Shown: positions 61,318 to 64,000 of the stretch, one piece after another
How positions within the stretch are numbered: the first letter of the stretch is position 1
Layout: every line of letters starts with the position of its first letter
From: Squalus acanthias
Lineage: Eukaryota
NCBI GenBank assembly: GCA_030390025.1
Contig: CM059431.1
Span: 101,434,001 to 101,498,000, forward strand
Direction of reading: 5' to 3'
Length of the DNA stretch: 64,000 nucleotides
Translations under genes and position numbers: made by a program
The notes under the pieces: model-generated
The model's database searches: none
Seen by the model: the letters and a program-made list of their open reading frames with translations, nothing else
Told to the model about the DNA's origin: nothing

Positions 61318-61576
61318 ATAGCAAAATACTGCAGAAGCTGGAAATCCGAAATAACAACAGAAAACGCTGGAAAAACTCAGCAGGCGAGGCAGCATCCGTG
61401 GAGAGAGAAACAGAGTTAACGTTTCAGGTCGAAGACCTTTCATCAGAACTGGAGACAGCAGGAAATCAAATAGATTTAAAGCAAGGATAAAGCTGGGAAA
61501 AGGGGGAGGGGATAAAAGAACAAAAGGAGAGATTAAGAGACATTGAGAGACATTAAGAGATGATCAAGGCAAGAGG
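61318..61576 (-). mobile_element. Penelope pLTR (family A) with hammerhead at 61414-61450
   Basis: Reverse complement agtt-CTGATGA-a-aggtc[ttc]gacct-GAAA-cg-TT-aact; nearly identical to 30748-30976. Confidence 0.82.
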
Positions 61577-61822
61577 GGCGGGGGCGGGGGCTGGGGCGGA
61601 GGCGGAGGCGGGGGCGGGGGCGGGGGCGGGGGCTGGGGCAGGGGCTGGGGCGGAGGCGGGGGCTGGGGCAGAGGATGGAGCAGAGGCTGGGGCGGAGGCC
61701 GGGGCGGAGGCTGAGGCAGGGGCGGGGGCGGGGGCGGGGGCGGGGGCGGAGGTGGGGGCGGGGGCTGGGGCAGGGGCGGGAGCGGGGGCGGGGGCGGGGG
61801 CGGAGGTGGGGGCGGGGGCTGG
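61575..61822. repeat. G-rich hexamer repeat (ggggcg/ggggct/gaggcg)n
   Basis: About 40 hexamers, abutting an L2 fragment at 61820-61940. Confidence 0.9.
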
Positions 61823-62084
61823 TAATGTTATGGAAGTGGGAGTTGATGGTCTTTGTGATGGAGAGAATATGGGGTCAGAGGGTCAGCTGAGTTTGCAAAC
61901 GGTTTGGTTCACCCTGCGGCAGCAGCCTGGGCGGGGGATGGGCTACTCTGTAAGCACACTCCAACACATGTGTCAGTGTCCTGTACACGTGAAATTGCGA
62001 ATTCAAAAGAGTTGATGGGATAGTCGTAAATTTGTAAAGTGCATTTACATAGTCATAATATCGCAGTGAAAAACTACTCGGCGT

Positions 62085-62935
62085 TTGTCAGCCGTGGCTC
62101 AGTGGGCAGCACTCTCGCCTCTGAGTCAGAAGGTTGTGGGTTCAAGTCCCACTCCAGAGACTTGAGCACAAAAATCTGGGCTGACACTCCCAGTGCAGTG
62201 CTGAGGGAGCGCTGCACTGTCGGAGGAGCAGTACTGAGGGAGCGCTGCACTGTCGGAGGTACCGTCTTTCAGATAAGACGTTAAACCGAGGCCCCGTCTG
62301 CTCTCTCAGGTGGACGTAAAAGTTCCCATGGCCACTATTTCGAAGATGAGCAGGGGAGTTCTCCCCGGTGTCCTGGCCAATAGTTATCTCTCAAGCAATA
62401 TCACTAGAACAGATTATCTGGTCATTATCACACTGCTGTTTGTGGTGGGAGCTTGCTGTGTGCATGGGAACGGTAGCATAGTGGTTATGTTACTGGACTA
62501 GTAATCCAGAGGCCTGGACTAGTGAACTGTGAAATGTGTAGTTCAAATCCTACCACAGCAACTGGGGAATTTAGATTCAGTTAATTAAATAAATCTGGAA
62601 TTTTAAAAAGCTAGTATCAGTGATAGTGACCTTGAAACTATCGGATTGTCGTAAAAACCCATCTGGTTCATGAATGTCCTTTAGGGAAGGAAACCTGCCG
62701 TCCTTACCCGGTCTGACCTATATGTGACTCCAGACCCACAGCAAAGTGGTTGACTCTTAACTGCCCTCTGAGATGGCCGAGCAAGCCACTCAGTTGTAAA
62801 TAAAAATTGGCTGCCGCATTTCCTACATTACAACAATGACTATACTTTTAACAAGTACTTCATTGGCTGTAAAGCGCTTTGGGACGTCCTGAGGGTGTGA
62901 AAGGCGCTATATAAATGCTAGTTTTTCCTTTTCTT
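62085..62935 (+). mobile_element. SacSINE1-like SINE with internal duplication, interrupted by a second tRNA-SINE (62467-62800)
   Basis: The SINE resumes at aaattggctgccgc (about 62804); duplicated gcagt(g/a)ctgagggagcgctgcactgtcggagg. Confidence 0.85.
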
Positions 62936-62997
62936 TCTTAATCCTGCAATTGGAATTTCATTCTTCAACAAAGCAGTGTATGAGATGAGAAAAGAAA

Positions 62998-63815
62998 GTA
63001 AGACCGAAGCCATTGTTTTCGGTCCCCGCCACAAACTCCGTTCCCTAGCCACTGACTCCATCCCTCTCCCTAACATCTGTCTGAGGCTGAACCACACTGT
63101 TCGCAACCTTGGTGTCATATTTGACCCTGTAATGAGCTTCCGACCACATATCCGCGCCATCACTAAGACCGCCTATTTGCGCCTCCGTAACATCGCCCGT
63201 CTCCGCCCTTGCCTCAGCTCATCCGCTGCTGAAACCCTCATCCATGCCTTTGTTACCTCTAGACTTGACTATTCCAACGCACTCCTGGCTGGCCTCCCAC
63301 ATTCTACCCTATGTAACCTTGAGGTCATCCAAAACTCGGCTACCCGTGTCCTAACTCGCACCAAGTCCCGTTCACCCATCATCCCTGTGTTCGCTGACCT
63401 ACATTGGCTCCCGGTTAAGCAGCGCCTCGATTTCAAAATTCTCATCCCTCCATGGCCTCGTCCCTCCCTATCTCTGCAATCTCCTTCAGCCCCACAACCC
63501 CCCGAGATATCTGCGCTCCTCTAATTCTGCCCTCTTGAGGATCCCTGATTATAATCGCTCCACCATTGGCGGCCGTGCCTTCGGCTGCCGAGGCCCTAAG
63601 CTCTGGAATTCCCTCCCTAAACCTCTCGCCTCGCTACCTCTCTTTCCTCCTTTAAGATGCTCCTTAAAACCTACCTCTTTGACCAAGCTTTTGGTCACCT
63701 GCCCTAATTTCTCCTTATGTGGCTTGGTGTCAAATTTTTTGTCTTATAATACCCCTGTGAAGCGCCTTGGGACGTTTTACTACGTTAAAGGTGCTATATA
63801 AATACAAGTGTTGTT
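62998..63815 (+). mobile_element. L2 3' fragment (ORF2 C-terminus + tail)
   Basis: KTEAIVFG...VRNLGVIFD...LRNIARLRP...LIHAFVTSRLDYSN...LHWLPVKQR. Confidence 0.93.
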
Positions 63816-64000
63816 GTCTGTGAATTCTTCACAGATCATTCGGTTAATGCTACCAGTTCTTGAAAGAACTGACGGTCATGCAGAAAGGAAGTGAGAAAAA
63901 TATGTAGTTCCCATGTGAAAAACTCTGATAAAAAACTTTGTTCCTCTACTTTTTTTAAATCTTGTCTTACCTGCGTTATCACTTTGACCCATGGCAAATG

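Noticed and set aside
61560..62015. (GA)n fibroin-like ORF
   Set aside because: Hexamer repeat between PLE and L2 fragments; no gene structure.
33300..64000. DOCK9 or another neighbouring gene's exons expected from human synteny
   Set aside because: No recognisable DOCK9 peptide or convincing spliced exon found by eye; a tBLASTN search would be needed to exclude small exons.
63960..64000. Minus-strand donor-like CAG|GTAAGA at the window edge
   Set aside because: Too little sequence to support an exon.

Overview
This is a repeat-dense vertebrate genomic window, almost certainly from a shark or other elasmobranch, judging by the HE1-like and SacSINE1/DeuSINE-like SINEs and abundant CR1 and L2 LINEs. 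The only host gene I can support is the 5' part of UBAC2 (rhomboid-like pseudoprotease) on the minus strand. Its coding exons are 32385-32415, 14144-14271 and 1670-1789, and a GC-box minisatellite/CpG island sits directly upstream of the ATG; the gene continues off the left edge. The remaining sequence (UBAC2 introns and about 31 kb upstream) is mostly CR1, L2 and other CR1-group LINE fragments, SINEs, GC-rich MITEs, Penelope-like elements (PLEs) and tandem repeats, with a 500-N gap at 2003-2502. The strongest non-obvious signals are: (i) ten minimal hammerhead-ribozyme motifs in two PLE families, including a 347-bp ORF-less insertion with 133-bp inverted arms, one hammerhead on each strand and a 13-bp TSD; (ii) a 1431-bp TG...CA solo LTR with a 4-bp TSD; (iii) a 3.6-kb 28-bp minisatellite grown inside an L2 fragment; (iv) an unclassified 1.55-kb tandem-repeat-carrying insertion. 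I found no clearly new protein-coding system. Repeat boundaries were set by eye and are approximate unless stated.
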